Part shown: positions 40,246 to 54,890 of the stretch, piece by piece
Layout: each line of letters opens with the position of its first letter
Numbering within the stretch: position 1 is the first letter of the stretch
Position numbers and translations under genes: made by a program
Notes under the pieces: model-generated
Seen by the model: the letters and a program-made list of their open reading frames with translations, nothing else
The model's database searches: none
What the model was told of the DNA's origin: nothing
NCBI RefSeq assembly: GCF_964355755.1
Contig: NC_092671.1
Coordinates: 186,001-250,000 of the forward strand
Origin: Antedon mediterranea
Taxonomy: Eukaryota > Animalia > Echinodermata
Reading direction: 5' to 3'
Length of the DNA stretch: 64,000 nt

Positions 40246-42594
40246 TTTGACTCGCTCTGATAATAGCTCAACAGTTACAACGATATTCTCGTCTCACCTC
40301 AAATAAAGATCAGTCGAGTGTCAATCCATCTCTCGGTTGGTAAACTACAACCGATTAGATTAGATATTTCAGATTTCCATAATGTTATGTATGTCATTAC
40401 ATCATTGCGCAACAAATGTGGGTTACGTCACTCTACATGTTGCAGACATAAATCAATAATATTAAATGTTTCAAGTGTTTGAAGCATTATATATTGAAAT
40501 ACTGTAGGCCTACATTTTAATAATCAAGATTCAAGGAAACTTACATATTTGAAATGTGCAATTATATGAATCGGACAATATTAGTGAATTGGATAGAAAT
40601 CACAACTGTTTCTTCTTGTATTTTGAATTATCACAATAAACGACAGCAACCGACAATACGAACTATCGTTATATACAATATTATACCCCGATGGCCAATA
40701 TTCGCACATTATTCAAACTAATTGTGATTTCACTGAAGCAATTGTATAGTCATACAAATAACGTATACACATTATTATTATTAGCAAGGATTTAGATTTT
40801 TGTAGCAGACAATATGTACATTTCTTTGAGTAAACAATAACAAAGAGCTAACTTATGTAGCTTCAAATTGTTTTAAATTATAAATTAATCTAGGAATTTA
40901 CTTTAATTCAACTGTAATAGTTGATATGCAGTTAATATGACGTTTTCCGATCATAACGCCTTTTAATGCAATGGTCAATATTTATCTAGCAACATCAATC
41001 TTGTTAATTAAAATAATATATAATTACTTCAAAATACATGTCATAGATTCAGCAAGTCATTCGAGAACGATGAATCGGATGCGGAAGATGGGTCACTATG
41101 GTATATTGTACCATGTAATAGGCCTACGTCTTCTAGCAGATATGTTAAAATAATTACTTTTGTTAAAGAAGCTATAAACACAGTTTCGCAATAACTGTTG
41201 TGACCGTTTGTACCGTCATTCATGGTACTTTATGGCAACTCAACATTTCATTATTTGTTTTTAACTTTTTTTAGAAAATATATTTGAAATGACTAGATAA
41301 TGATTATTTATTTATTTTTATGGTCCTTTAAAACACATACCAATAATCCAGTTACCATCGCCTTAAATATATTTTAAAGCTTGTTACAAATCACATAAAA
41401 TGCAATTACATTTTTTCTTTTCAGGAATATCACGTCATTCTTTCCGTTTATATTTACATTTCGAACAAACATATTAACATTTAAGATAGATGACCATTAA
41501 AAGTGTTTATTCACGCAATACATTGAGAAAAATGCATGATCAAATCGGAAAGATTCAAGGATTGGGTTGGTATATAATTCTATTTTGATCAAACGAGGAG
41601 GGCGTGATTTGACCACGCATCCTCTCCGATAAATAGATTTGCATCAAAAACACATTTGTTCTTATTTCTGATTTCAGACGACATTGCCACGAATACGTTT
41701 TTTAACAATCTGTCACTTTTTGTGATGCAAGGAATTTATAATAAACTCCATAGTTAGATCTCAAAATGATGTTGGTTCGAATATCGTTTTAACACTTTAC
41801 AATATACATTACAGTCATTCTATAGATATTTAATACAGGCCTATGTTAGAAGGAAATACATACTTAAATAATTGACAAACATAACAGCACTAACTAACAT
41901 ACAGTTCACTCTGATGCCAGTCCTGGTTTGGAGGTTCGGGATAATTTGGCTGAATGCATTCATGAAGTTTGGTGGCCTATGAATCAAAGTAGACCAATAT
42001 GGAACGAATGGTTTGACTTTTCACCACATGTTTATCCCTTAAATTATCTATAAAATATAAAAAAAATAAAAAACAAACCATTAAAAGTGTTTACTCACGA
42101 AATTTTCCAAACAGCAGGTAATAAAAACAACGTTATAAGTCATTAGGCCTAATTTGTTAAGGAGTTGCCGTGCTCCTAGTTCTATTTTAAAATGGAGGTT
42201 CTTCAAACTATAGGCCTGTATTCCGAATTGAACTACTTAAAATTGTATTTACAGTAGTCTCTGCATAATATTTGATCTGAGTGTATAACAAAATCCATGA
42301 AATGATACATTTACGCAGATTTTTTTTTAATGAGCATGAGATAAATTATTTCTGATCATGATTTAAACGATTTCTATTTCAGTATGTCCGATTTATTAAA
42401 TACATATTAGGTAAATCTTCAACATTGGATGATTGGAATTTGTTTTAATTATTTCAACGCCATGCAAAACCGTTCTCAAGCCAGCGGCAAACCTCACGCT
42501 TAACGCGTTACAATTCCGTATGTCTACGGGCCTATAACAATATGTGTCAACAACATAAATAGGCTACAAATTAATGAATGCGTTTTGCTATAAT

Positions 42595-42622
42595 CATGGA
42601 CCTATAAATGTATAGGTCCATG
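42595..42622. mobile_element. 28-bp hairpin with 7-bp TSD: probable P-superfamily excision footprint
   Basis: CTATAAT|CATGGACCTATA AATG TATAGGTCCATG|CTATAAT; related hairpin at 22329-22352. Confidence 0.55.
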
Positions 42623-44700
42623 CTATAATAGTATGATTGTATCGGTATGGGAGTTCCGTTTAAGTCAATTACTTAGTTTAATTTATTTTGTTTATTCAGG
42701 CCTGCAATGAATTTAAACAAGTCGTATTACTGTTGGTAGAGCCATGGAGGAATTATTAGTGCATGGCAAGCTATATATGCGTGTAAGAATTGTGGTCAAC
42801 AGAAAAATTAAAATAAATTATTATCCATAGCCATATAAGTTATAACATACTGACGGATTGTTAGAAAGGGCCTAATGATAAACGCTATCATATACACATA
42901 ATTAGCAACATACTTTCTGAGAGGGGTACCGTTGTTAGTTAGTATTGTTCGGGTTCCGGGGGATAGTTGTCCATGTGGTTGAAAATTACTCGGCATCGAC
43001 GTTAATAACAGGGTTTACGATAAAGAAACTTGATATCCTATAGATACACCCTTCCTTCACAGCTTATACTCGGCTGAACAATGGGTATAAAATTAACATA
43101 AATAATATAATATGCCATTTATATTAATATAGCATATTCTTCAAATTGTCTATTATGTGATCCATTTCCAATAACGTGGATTTGTTTCCAATTGGCAATT
43201 GTTTAGACAAAATAAGCTAGGATTGGAATTTAGAAATATAAATACGGCATATTGGTTTGTTTGCTTTGGTCAGTTAGTTGATGAGTGGATTTTTAATTTC
43301 ATTCGTTGATTGGGTTCGATGGAGTTTTTTTTCTATGCTTGTTTTCTTTGCCTTGCTTGTTTGTTTGTGGATTTTCCGATGAATTCAGATATTTTGTATT
43401 TTCACATTTTAATTATTGTTTTATTATTATTATTTTGTACGTATAATTTGTAAACCAAAAATCGTAACCTTAATCCAGGATTTATCAACAAATAAATACC
43501 TGAAAAACTGAAATACCTGTACGAAAACTTTCCCACAAACCTCAGCTTCTTTCTGACTATTAACCCTTGCTGTTATGATAACGACAATGTGAAACCTTTT
43601 TTCTAATTGTCTTTGAAGATCAAACGAATTTGTCTGCTACATAATTGCAGTATTCCTGCACAGATTGTTTATTTCATTAAACGACTATCTATATTCTTGT
43701 TTGCATGCGCACATTACTATTTTGATTTATGGTTGCCAGGTTATTCATTTTATGGTTATTATATTGGAGTATATTATGGCTCATTTATTTTTCGGGAAAC
43801 ATGAGATAAATCTCATTTGAGTGAGAGCGACACGTTCTAAAGCTATTCTAGACTATAACAATAAGTAGGCCTATGTATGTATATAATATAATGTATTGAT
43901 TTTTATTATAGACCGAAACAATTAGCATCGTCGGTTTTATACAGTCCTTATTTTTATTGTGTATAATTATTAAAATATTCATAACCCTAAATTAAATAAT
44001 TTAATATTAATTCAATTTTTGAGAGGGCGCACATTCGAATTTTTGCACAATAATGCTCGTTATAACAACACGTGATCACTGTTGATTTGGTTGCATAGGA
44101 AACCGGTTCATTTGAATATTAATTTTCATTATATATTATCATAGCTTAAATAGCAATAGTTAACAACTATAACCATTATCAGAAACAAAAAGAATTGTAA
44201 ACATGCTGGTAATAATATTAAATGACGATTCATAGTAGTATAATATAACAATAGCCTATAAATGTTTAAAACAATAAATCAACTATCATGAATGACAAAT
44301 GTTATTTATTTCCAGTAGTTTGAATGAATGTTGGCATTATATTTACTGAAGAACCGTGAATTCCAGAAAGTTTGAACCGATTGCTTGTCCTCATTATTTA
44401 ATTGGGCGATGGCAATCGGTCTACCTGTATCGTTATTGCTATCATCAGAGGAACCATCTCTGAAACGTTTAACACAGCATGTATTGACATTTTCGTATTT
44501 TTGCGTTAGGTAACGTTTCGTATTCCATTTAACCTACGGCACTCTAAACAAACAAACATAGCCCAGTACAGTGTGAAGAGGCGTTAGCCATATTCAGAGC
44601 GGGGTTGGTGAAATCTGTCCATAATAGGTTACTTTTCTGTCCATAATAGGTTACTTTCTGTCCATAATAGGGACTAGAGGGCGCTGTTGTTTGTCCAAAA

Positions 44701-44774
44701 CGCCTTGAGCACTCTGGGGTGGTATGTGCGCTATAAAAATCTTATTGAGAAGAAGAAGAAGAGAAGAAGAAAAA
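44701..44774 (+). mobile_element. SINE/LINE 3'-end fragment inserted in the left TIR
   Basis: CGCCTTGAGCA...GTGCGCTATAAAAAT plus (GAA)n tail; absent from the right TIR; AAAA on both sides. Confidence 0.7.
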
Positions 44775-45406
44775 TAGGTAACTTTCATAATTGGCTGTCC
44801 AAAATAGGTGACTTTTTTGTCCAAAATAGGGGATTTTATTGCAGTAGTGCGCCATCCATTGTGTTGTCCATAATAGGTGATTTTTTTTGCCGTACTCGTA
44901 CGTACGTAGTTTATTTCGCGAGTAGAAGTAATACTAATTTGCTTTCTGTTCAGACTTCGAGGCTACCAAGGAGGCCTAATTAGTATAACTATAATTATCT
45001 AAGTCTTTCTAGCCTAGGCCTAGGCTAGTCCTGTTAGTTAGGCTACCTCTATAGGCCTACTAGTACTACTAGCCTAGTATATTTGTTATTGTCCACTAAT
45101 AATGAAATGTGAGATTTATTCAACAACAAATAATTTAATTTGAACTTCATTTTAGGTTTTGAATGTTAGTACGGACAGACATTACGCAACTTACCATACT
45201 ATTTCAAGTTTAAATAAATCACCCAACCCACACATTCTTTTACAAAAATAAAAAATACCCCATAATACTCTAATATTGAAGAAGTTTTATTTTTTTAAGA
45301 TAATGAAAATGTAAACTGTTATTTTTAATGCATTGGTGTTTCAATTTCAATTTTTGGACTTTATTTTGTTTTGTTAATAAAAATCAACTTTATCAATTTA
45401 ATATTG

Positions 45407-46220
45407 AACAAGGCCAACAGCCATTAAGTCGCGTGCTACAATGCATAGTGAAACCGGACCGACAGACAAACAGACTGACAGACAGACAGACCGACAGACA
45501 GACGGACCGACCGACATAGTGAACTATACTGACCGAAATTACTGAACATGTTTAAAAATGTTGAAATGTTTAAAAACATTTATATTTTTTTAATTTACAC
45601 GTGCGTAGCCTGTCACATTTGACGTGCTCGTATAACGTAATTTCGAGTTGAAAATTAAGTCAAGAAAACAGAAATCGGGCAAAAAGTGTGCGCAATAACA
45701 TTTAACGCGCAGTGCGCGCGCAAAAATCTGCGCACTCATGGCAATTTTGTAAACGCTTAAAATTGCCTGAAACGTACTCTTATTTCATCGAAAATAAATT
45801 TTGAAAATTTTAAGCGCGCGTACGCATGCGTTACATGCGCTACGCACGTAATTGTATTGCCATATGATGATTTATGCCCTGAAATTTATGAGTACCAAAT
45901 TTTATTTAATTGTGATTCATGGTTGTTAAGATATGATTACAAACGTGATTTCGTTAAATCGTGCGTAGACCGCGTAATTTTTTATTGCGCACCGTGAAAA
46001 CATAACCACATCGATTCCTGGCCATAAGGAATATTCTGTGAAAAATTGACTTAGCTAGATTAAACTGATATCAAGATAAGGTCATAAAGCGACAAAACGC
46101 ATAGTGATACCGGACCGACAGACAGACAGACCGACAGACAGACCGACAGACCGACAGACAGACAGACAGACCGACCGACCGACTTAGTGAACTATAGAGT
46201 CGCTTCCACGCGACTAAAAA
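45407..46220 (-). mobile_element. HINE (Helentron-associated) element, inverted copy of 33239-34014
   Basis: AACAAGGCCAACAGCCATTAAGTCGCGTGC ... GAGTCGCTTCCACGCGACTAAAAA; (GACA/GACC)n tracts. Confidence 0.85.
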
Positions 46221-48487
46221 GACATCACAGTTCAGCACTTCATTTCGTCATTTTAGGTCCTCCCCTATTTCAAAATCCTGGATCCACATAGCTCAATGAC
46301 AAATCATCCCAGTCTGAAGTGGATCAACAGCAGCACTTCTCATCCATTTATTATATTGTTGTTTAATTAAATTAATCAATTTTAATGTTTAATAATAAGA
46401 AATACAATAAATCAAGTTTACATACACGCAGTGTACAATCAACACCTTTGTTCTGTATTCAGAACAGTTTATTCAAAATCTTAATCACATTAAAAACTAC
46501 TGAATTATTTAATAAGTGTAAAAACATGGTTAAACTAAAAACATGGTAAAAACATGGTTAAACTAAAAACATGGTAAAAACATGGTTAAACTACAATTTA
46601 AAAAAAAACAAAGATAAATAAAATACAGCATAATTATTATGTGTATAATTATTGATCGATGATAAATGATCAAAGTTAGTAGGTTGAAGTGATGTACTTT
46701 TTCATTTCAGCAGCATACTGTATATGAGCAGAATATCAAACATCTGTATGCCTATAATAAAAAAAAGGAAATATTCAAATACTATAATAATGTTTAAGTA
46801 TTGTATAATGCAAGTAACTTCAATCTAAGTAATGCTGAGACAAATGTTCATGTTGTATGGTGGGACACAGTTATGTTTAAATATTTTATTGCATTTAAAA
46901 AAAAGATATGTAGGATTGTTTTACTAAATTTAAGTTTATACCAGTTGTCAGAGTCAATTATTACCATACTCACTATATGAAAACTGATATTAAATGTTTT
47001 AAAGATAAAGGCTTTATTGAATGAATGCTTTAATAATATAACATTTAATTAAATTTTGAAATATTTTCTGCATGAATTTGTTAGTGGATTTATCTATTCT
47101 TTGTACTGTGATTGTAATGTTTATATTGGAAATAAAAAAGAAATATCTACTTTTAATTTCTTAGCAATTCAAATGAATAGAACATTTCAAATCAGACTGT
47201 TAAAAATTAATTTTCATGTATTGTCAGTTTTTCTACTATGGTACTGATAATATTCAGTTTGTCTCTCTGAAAATGTTAGACGCATTTGTATCCTTCTTTT
47301 CGAGATTACTTTTGCAAACAAATACTGTGTTGAAATAGGCTTCTTTTTGGGATTTTACAGTATATTGGTCATATTGAAAAATCTCCTAAAAGATGTAGTG
47401 GGTTATATGTAAAGTATTTTTCTTCAATTGTAGGTTGGGCCCATCTGTTACTTACCATAGTTAATAGAAATTTCCATGCTATAGCTGTACTTTAACATTG
47501 ATCAGAAGATACACTGTACACAATCTGTAGTACATGCAGAAAATATGGGAAAACAATTTAAATAGATGACATAATTAATAACATACAGTACAGTAACACT
47601 AGCTCTGGTTCTGCTATACTGCCAACCTAGTAACTGTCCGAACTGTCTGGATAAGACTCATTCATTCACAAAATAATATAAAAAACAACAACTTTAATAG
47701 GTCAATCTAGCAACTAGATGTTTGTGATTTGAAGACAAACTACGAATAGGCCTAGTAGACTAGGTTAGAAGCTGATTTCGGTCTTCAAAGTATAGTAGCG
47801 GTGGCAGCAGTAAAAAAGACCGTATTAAATAGTGACTAGACCTAGCCCTAGGCCGCCAGTAACCTGCAGATTAGGCAATATACAGTAGTTACGAGTACAT
47901 TTAAATAGTTTGTTAGTCTGTAATATATTCATATTATATTAATAAATATTAAAAAAACAAACAAACAAGAAAACTGAGGCTCGGCCTAGTTGTTTGTAGT
48001 AGGAAGCCTATCTACCTATAATAATATGGAGACCATGTCATTTGTATTCCTGCTGCTGTATGTAAGCTATACCTAGGCTAGTAGTAGAGTAGGATTAGTA
48101 GGCCTATAGATAAAGGTAGCCTCGCCTAACTAACATGACTATAGGCCCTAGTCTAGAGAGACCCCAACTAGACTAGAGAGACTTAAATAATATAGGCCTA
48201 CTATATTAGGCCTCCTAGGTCGGTAGCCTTGAAGTATGGAGAGAAAGCAAATTTGTATTACTTCTACTCGCGAAATAAACTACGTACGTATGCGTACGCC
48301 AAAAAAAATTACCTATTATGGACAACACAATGGATGGCGCACTACTGCAATAAAATCCCCTATTGTGGACAAAAATGTCACCTATTTTGGACAGCCAATT
48401 ATGAAAGTTACCTATTTTGGACAAACAACAGCGCCCTCTAGTTCCTATTATGGACAGAAAGTAACCTATTATGGACAGAAAAGTAAC

Positions 48488-50043
48488 CTATTGTGAACAG
48501 ATTTCACCAACCCTATTGTGAACAGATTTCACCAACCCTATTGTGAACTGATTTCACCAACCCTATTGTGAACAGATTTCACCAACCCTATTGTGAACAG
48601 ATTTCACCAACCCTATTGTGAACAGATTTCACCAACCCTATTGTGAATAGATTTCACCAACCCTATTGTGAATAGATTTCACCAACCCTATTGTGAACAG
48701 ATTTCACCAACCCTATTGTGAACAGATTTCACCAACCCTATTGTGAATAGATTTCACCAACCCTATTGTGAATAGATTTCACCAACCCTATTGTGAACAG
48801 ATTTCACCAACCCTATTGTGAACAGATTTCACCAACCCTATTGTGAACAGATTTCACCAACCCTATTGTGAACAGATTTCACCAACCCTATTGTGAACAG
48901 ATTTCACCAACCCTATTGTGAACAGATTTCACCAACCCTATTGTGAACAGATTTCACCAACCCTATTGTGAACAGATTTCACCAACCCTATTGTGAACAG
49001 ATTTCACCAACCCTATTGTGAACAGATTTCACCAACCCTATTGTGAACAGATTTCACCAACCCTATTGTGAACAGATTTCACCAACCCTATTGTGAACAG
49101 ATTTCACCAACCCTATTGTGAACAGATTTCACCAACCCTATTGTGAACAGATTTCACCAACCCTATTGTGAACAGATTTCACCAACCCTATTGTGAACAG
49201 ATTTCACCAACCCTATTGTGAACAGATTTCACCAACCCTATTGTGAACAGATTTCACCAACCCTATTGTGAACAGATTTCACCAACCCTATTGTGAACAG
49301 ATTTCACCAACCCTATTGTGAACAGATTTCACCAACCCTATTGTGAACAGATTTCACCAACCCTATTGTGAACAGATTTCACCAACCCTATTGTGAACAG
49401 ATTTCACCAACCCTATTGTGAACAGATTTCACCAACCCTATTGTGAACAGATTTCACCAACCCTATTGTGAAGAGATTTCACCAACCCTATTGTGAAGAG
49501 ATTTCACCAACCCTATTGTGAAGAGATTTCACCAACCCTATTGTGAACAGATTTCACCAACCCTATTGTGAACAGATTTCACCAACCCTATTGTGAACAG
49601 ATTTCACCAACCCTATTGTGAACAGATTTCACCAACCCTATTGTGAACAGATTTCACCAACCCTATTGTGAACAGATTTCACCAACCCTATTGTGAACAG
49701 ATTTCACCAACCCTATTGTGAACAGATTTCACCAACCCTATTGTGAACAGATTTCACCAACCCTATTGTGAACAGATTTCACCAACCCTATTGTGAACAG
49801 ATTTCACCAACCCTATTGTGAACAGATTTCACCAACCCTATTGTGAACAGATTTCACCAACCCTATTGTGAACAGATTTCACCAACCCTATTGTGAACAG
49901 ATTTCACCAACCCTATTGTGAACAGATTTCACCAACCCTATTGTGAACAGATTTCACCAACCCTATTGTGAACAGATTTCACCAACCCTATTGTGAACAG
50001 ATTTCACCAACCCTATTGTGAATAGATTTCACCAACCCTATTG
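48488..50043. repeat. 25-bp satellite, ~62 highly homogeneous copies
   Basis: Unit CTATTGTGAACAGATTTCACCAACC. Confidence 0.98.
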
Positions 50044-51844
50044 CATATTCACGGTTGATAAATTATTAGAACTTGCCATCCTAAAACATTCAATATTAAT
50101 CTGAATTGATCTCGTACATCCAACACTGTCAAGCCCACTCTATCTCTTTCTCTCTCTTGATATAAGAGATTGTTTATATGACGTAAAAAAAATATCACTA
50201 CTTAAAAACAACATGGACACACACACTCGACTTTGGATTGAGAAACTTCAGATACTTCAATAATATGAAAAACGCATCAACAAACATCAATACGACGATT
50301 CACGTGAACTGGAAAAAAAATCATTATAGTATATCCCTTATTAAATTTCGTTAAAAAATCCTTATTGTGATGAATTCTAATAGTAATAATTGAATAAACT
50401 GTGTATATAAAACATCGATGGATCCATAAGTGGAGAGAAATGCATCCTCCAGCCCTCCCCTGTGTTTTTATCTTACCCATGGAAATATAGTCTTTATTCC
50501 ATATAAACGACGCCGCACCAACACAGAACATTGTTTGGAATAAACTCCCCGCTCTAAAACACATTCATAAATAGAATTCATTGACTTTCATGATTTCAAT
50601 TTTACCAAGTATTTTGGTACATTGTTTACTGTATTTTATCACTTCTTGATATTATGCCCTATTTATTGTGCCCACTTTGTTTGTGTGAGATTAGGGGTTA
50701 TAACCCTTATACCATTAAGTTTTAATTTACCATCACTAATTATATGTCATTAGTTGTTTCTCTTGATATATTTTTATTTGATCGGTTTTAATATATGTAT
50801 ACAGTACGGTGTATACTGTAAAGCTTCGAGATGTAAACGATCATGTAAAGTAATACAGTCGTGAGGTTGGATGTCTGTATGTAATGTAGTAATTGTATTT
50901 GACAGGCTCTTGTACACCTTTATAGAACCATCAATACCGTTTATTCCTTAAAATATGTGACGTTTTTGTTGGTTTGAAATTACATATTATTTAGGTTTGT
51001 TGTTCGACTTTAGACGATGGTTTAGAATTGTTGGGCATTTGATATGATATTTTCTTTGTTGCTCAGTACTTGATGATAGTTGATGATTGATAATAGTTGA
51101 TGAATGATAATGGTGATGCAATCAGGGCAATTCGTCTTTAAAAACCGCCACTAACAGGTTGAATCTAAACATAATAAACTATAATAATACATTTAAATAA
51201 GCAACAATAACATAAACAAAGATTGGAAAATTATAGAGATTTAACAATTTTACCCTTAAATACATTTAAACTATCATAAATAAATCAATATCCAAACAAG
51301 TAACAAGCACACTATTAAAAGTGTTAGGTAACCGCTGAAAAATATCTCGCTTTGTGCATTCTACGCCTATGTAAAAAACACCTCCATATTTGTCCCTATG
51401 TCATTATTGAGGTTTTCCTCAGGAAGAGGACGTCGGAGGCATAAGAATAAAACTGGATATAGGTGTAAATTAAAAAAGTTACCCATGGAAATATTTTGAA
51501 TTTACGTCAAAAGCGCTCTCTAATGACCACTATTTTCCAGGTATTGATCATTTTTACTATAACACATGTCTGTCTATCACAAAGATATTCGTTATTGATG
51601 TAACCAAAAAACAATCAAAATAATGTCAAAACTGGCATTTACAAAATCATAGAGGAATAACTAATTCCACTATGACCTGCAATTTAATTGTCTCTTGGTA
51701 GATATTTACAGATACATAATTCATGCATGTGTACTTAAATATATCGAGTTTCTTAACATAATTGATGTGTGGGATTTTAAAGTATTGGAGATGTACTTAT
51801 GTGTATCGTCTTACATTAGATTTTAAAATAAATGCCTGGCCTCA

Positions 51845-52212
51845 GACCAGCTCCCCATGCATCTTTTAACGATTTTGTGAAATAATGGTGAAAGGGCATT
51901 TTGTTACACTGACAGATCACGACGATACATTTTTAAATTGACAATGATTTGGATGATAATGATGATCGTGTGATTGATAACGATGATGATGATGCGGATG
52001 ATATGGATGATGATTTGGATGATGATTTGGATGATGATAATGATGCTACGGAGGATAATAATAATAATAATAATGATGGTGATGCGGAGGATAATGAGGA
52101 TGATGTGGGTGATGTGGATGATGAAGATGACGTAGATGATGATGCGGAAGGTGATGATGATGATGATAATGATGCTACGGAGGATAATAATAATAATAAC
52201 ACTAATAATAAC

Positions 52213-52243
<31 letters not shown>

Positions 52244-52890
52244 GTGATGCGGAGGATAATGAGGATGATGTGGGTGATGTGGATGATGAAGATGACGTGG
52301 ATGATGATGCGGAAGGTGATGATGTGAATGATGATGATATGAATTTATTGGAGACATAAATCTGATCATAACTAAGTATTACAATATCAATAAATTGCAC
52401 ACCAATGAATAATCAACATGTATAATATTACTTCCAATCATTTAAATTATGGATTTGGTGTCACAATGTACATCAGGAAAGTTAACGTAAACATAATGTA
52501 TGCGATATCATTTGACACAAATCAAAAATCATGTTAACTTAAATTTCTAATCGTACATATTTTCCATCTAATTGACCAGCTCCCCATGCATCTTTTAACG
52601 ATTTTGTGAAATATGGTGAAAGGGCATTTTGTTACACTGACAGATCACGACGATACATTTTTAATTTGACAATGATTTGGATGATAATGATGATCGTGTG
52701 ATTGATAACGATGATGATGATGCGGATGATATGGATGATGATTTGGATGATGATAATGATGCTACGGAGGATAATAATAATAATGATGATGATGGTGATG
52801 CGGAGGATAATGAGGATGATGTGGATGATGAAGATGACGTGGATGATGATGCGGAAGGTGATGATGATGATGATAATGATGCTACGGAGG

Positions 52891-52921
<31 letters not shown>

Positions 52922-53257
52922 TGATGGTGATGCGGAGGATAATGAGGATGATGTGGGTGATGTGGATGATGAAGATGACGTGGATGATGATGCGGAAGGT
53001 GATGATGTGGATGATGATGATATGAATTTATTGGAGACATAAATCTGATCATAACTAAGTATTACAATATCAATAAATTGCACACCAATGAATAATCAAC
53101 ATGTATAATATTACTTCCAATCATTTAAATTATGGATTTGGTGTCACAATGTACACCAGGAAAGTTAACGTAAACATAATGTATGCGATATCATTTGACA
53201 CAAATCAAAAATCATGTTAACTTAAATTTCTAATCGTACATACTTTCCATCTAATTG
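51845..53257. repeat. Tandem duplication (~730 + ~680 bp), each copy with a compound (GAT/AAT)n low-complexity tract
   Basis: GACCAGCTCCCCATGCATC starts at 51845 and 52574; both copies end TTTCCATCTAATT. Confidence 0.95.
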
Positions 53258-53502
53258 AAGCTGACGGTTGTTAGCCTGAAAATATAAGGCGTGAAAAGCA
53301 CTGATTTAGGTTTCTTGAATAGAATAATGTGTTGTTTCCACGTTCACATTATACACTTTTCGAAATTTCAAGTCTGACAATGAAACAACTTGAGACTGAA
53401 CACATTTATAGACGGTATTTTGATACTGTGTTAGCTTCGTATTGTTCTTGAATTCATAACCATACATTGGATGTACGTATCTTTCGGCAGAATTTTAAAA
53501 TT

Positions 53503-53661
53503 ACGCCAATTGTAACGTTATTTACCGCGCTTTAGTGTCTGCGTAGTGAGATAGCGTCACAAGGAATCATACTGTAAACTACGCCAATTGTAACGTTGTT
53601 ATTTACCGCGCTTTAGTGTCTGCGTAGTGAGATAGCGTCACAAGGAATCATACTGTAAACT
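53503..53661. repeat. ~80-bp tandem duplication
   Basis: ACGCCAATTGTAACG...CATACTGTAAACT twice. Confidence 0.9.
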
Positions 53662-54890
53662 AAAACAAATAATACCTATATAAGTGCGTACGCATAATTT
53701 ATAATGTTTATGATCTTTTTGAAAATCTTTAGAACAGGTCGTATAAATTAATACGATCGTATAATATCGTATAAACAGAGATTTAGTAATCACATTAACC
53801 TACTAAACTCAATAGTTCATTCTGTATTCAATTAACGTATTTTAACCTGTTATTGCGGCAAATCGTAATACAGTAGTATTATATAATAATACTCACTCGA
53901 ACACATCTAGAGCAAAACAATTTTTATTTTTAGAATGTTGTATTCATTTATATACTCTATAATTTTTAGTATTTAAATTAAAGTTTCAATTTAAGTTACT
54001 TAATACATATTGATTCTTTTAAAAGAATCTTATACCAGCACATAATTGTTGTGTTTATTCATGGTCAAACATAATATAATACATGGTTTGAAATATTATT
54101 TTCGTTTGTTCAAAGTTAAAATAAACACACAAAAATACAAAAAAATAAGGTTTGTGATTTAATTTTATGTTATCTATACGAACACATTGCAGTGGGGATG
54201 ATGCCAAATACAAAAATGTTTTTCTTATGACTTTCTTTTAGAAAGTTGAACCCGTCACTTTATTATTAAAATATCAATTGTATTAATGAAATAAAATATT
54301 TGTGGAACGTAATAAGTACAAACGTAGGATTGCGTTACACAAGATCTGGAAAGGTTTTTGGAGTCAGTAATTATAGCATTCATTAATCAATGCCATAAAC
54401 GAGAAGTTAGAAGGCGTTCTTATATCCTCGTACTTTGTCTATGATAATTACACTAATGGTCCTTTTGGCATTTTTCTCCTTCGTTCGCTATCTCCAATTT
54501 AGTATGTATTTGTCAGTAATCTGCGTCTATTTGGCTATTTTATTGCCGTATTATTAAATTATATCTCCTTTAAGGAGAATGGTCATTTAGAGAGATGGTC
54601 ATTTACTGTTCTTGTTCTCTCTATCACAATTATTAAAAACACTGTTTCTAATGTTGTTTTATAATTTAACCAACTTGTTGTTGTGTTAAACCAAATTGAA
54701 TGCAATATGTTACGACTGTTCTTTTGAATGTTCTGTTCAATTTAATGTCAAGTTTTATTTTTTAATCATATCCATATAAAAACAAATTAATCCAGTGTAT
54801 ATAATTATAAATAAATACAAAACGTCCATATTAGTAGTAACATTAAATGTGTTATTTTCGACATGAGCACAAACATTTGTATTGTATTAA

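Larger units (their letters stand above)
44597..50043. mobile_element. Large non-autonomous DNA transposon with ~300-400 bp subrepeat-rich TIRs, nested insertions and an amplified right tip
   Basis: 44602-44985 is the reverse complement of ~48200-48513; TGTCCAwAATAGG subrepeats; candidate 8-bp TSD CATATTCA at 44589-44596 and 50044-50051. Confidence 0.75.

Noticed and set aside
48488-50043. CRISPR-like appearance of short regular repeats (also 28218-29765 and 9010-9528)
   Set aside because: Units are head-to-tail with no unique spacers, there are no cas genes, and the context is eukaryotic.
51933-53083. Ser/Leu-rich, Met-rich and Asp-rich ORFs in several frames
   Set aside because: By-products of (GAT/AAT)n low complexity; no credible start or splice context.
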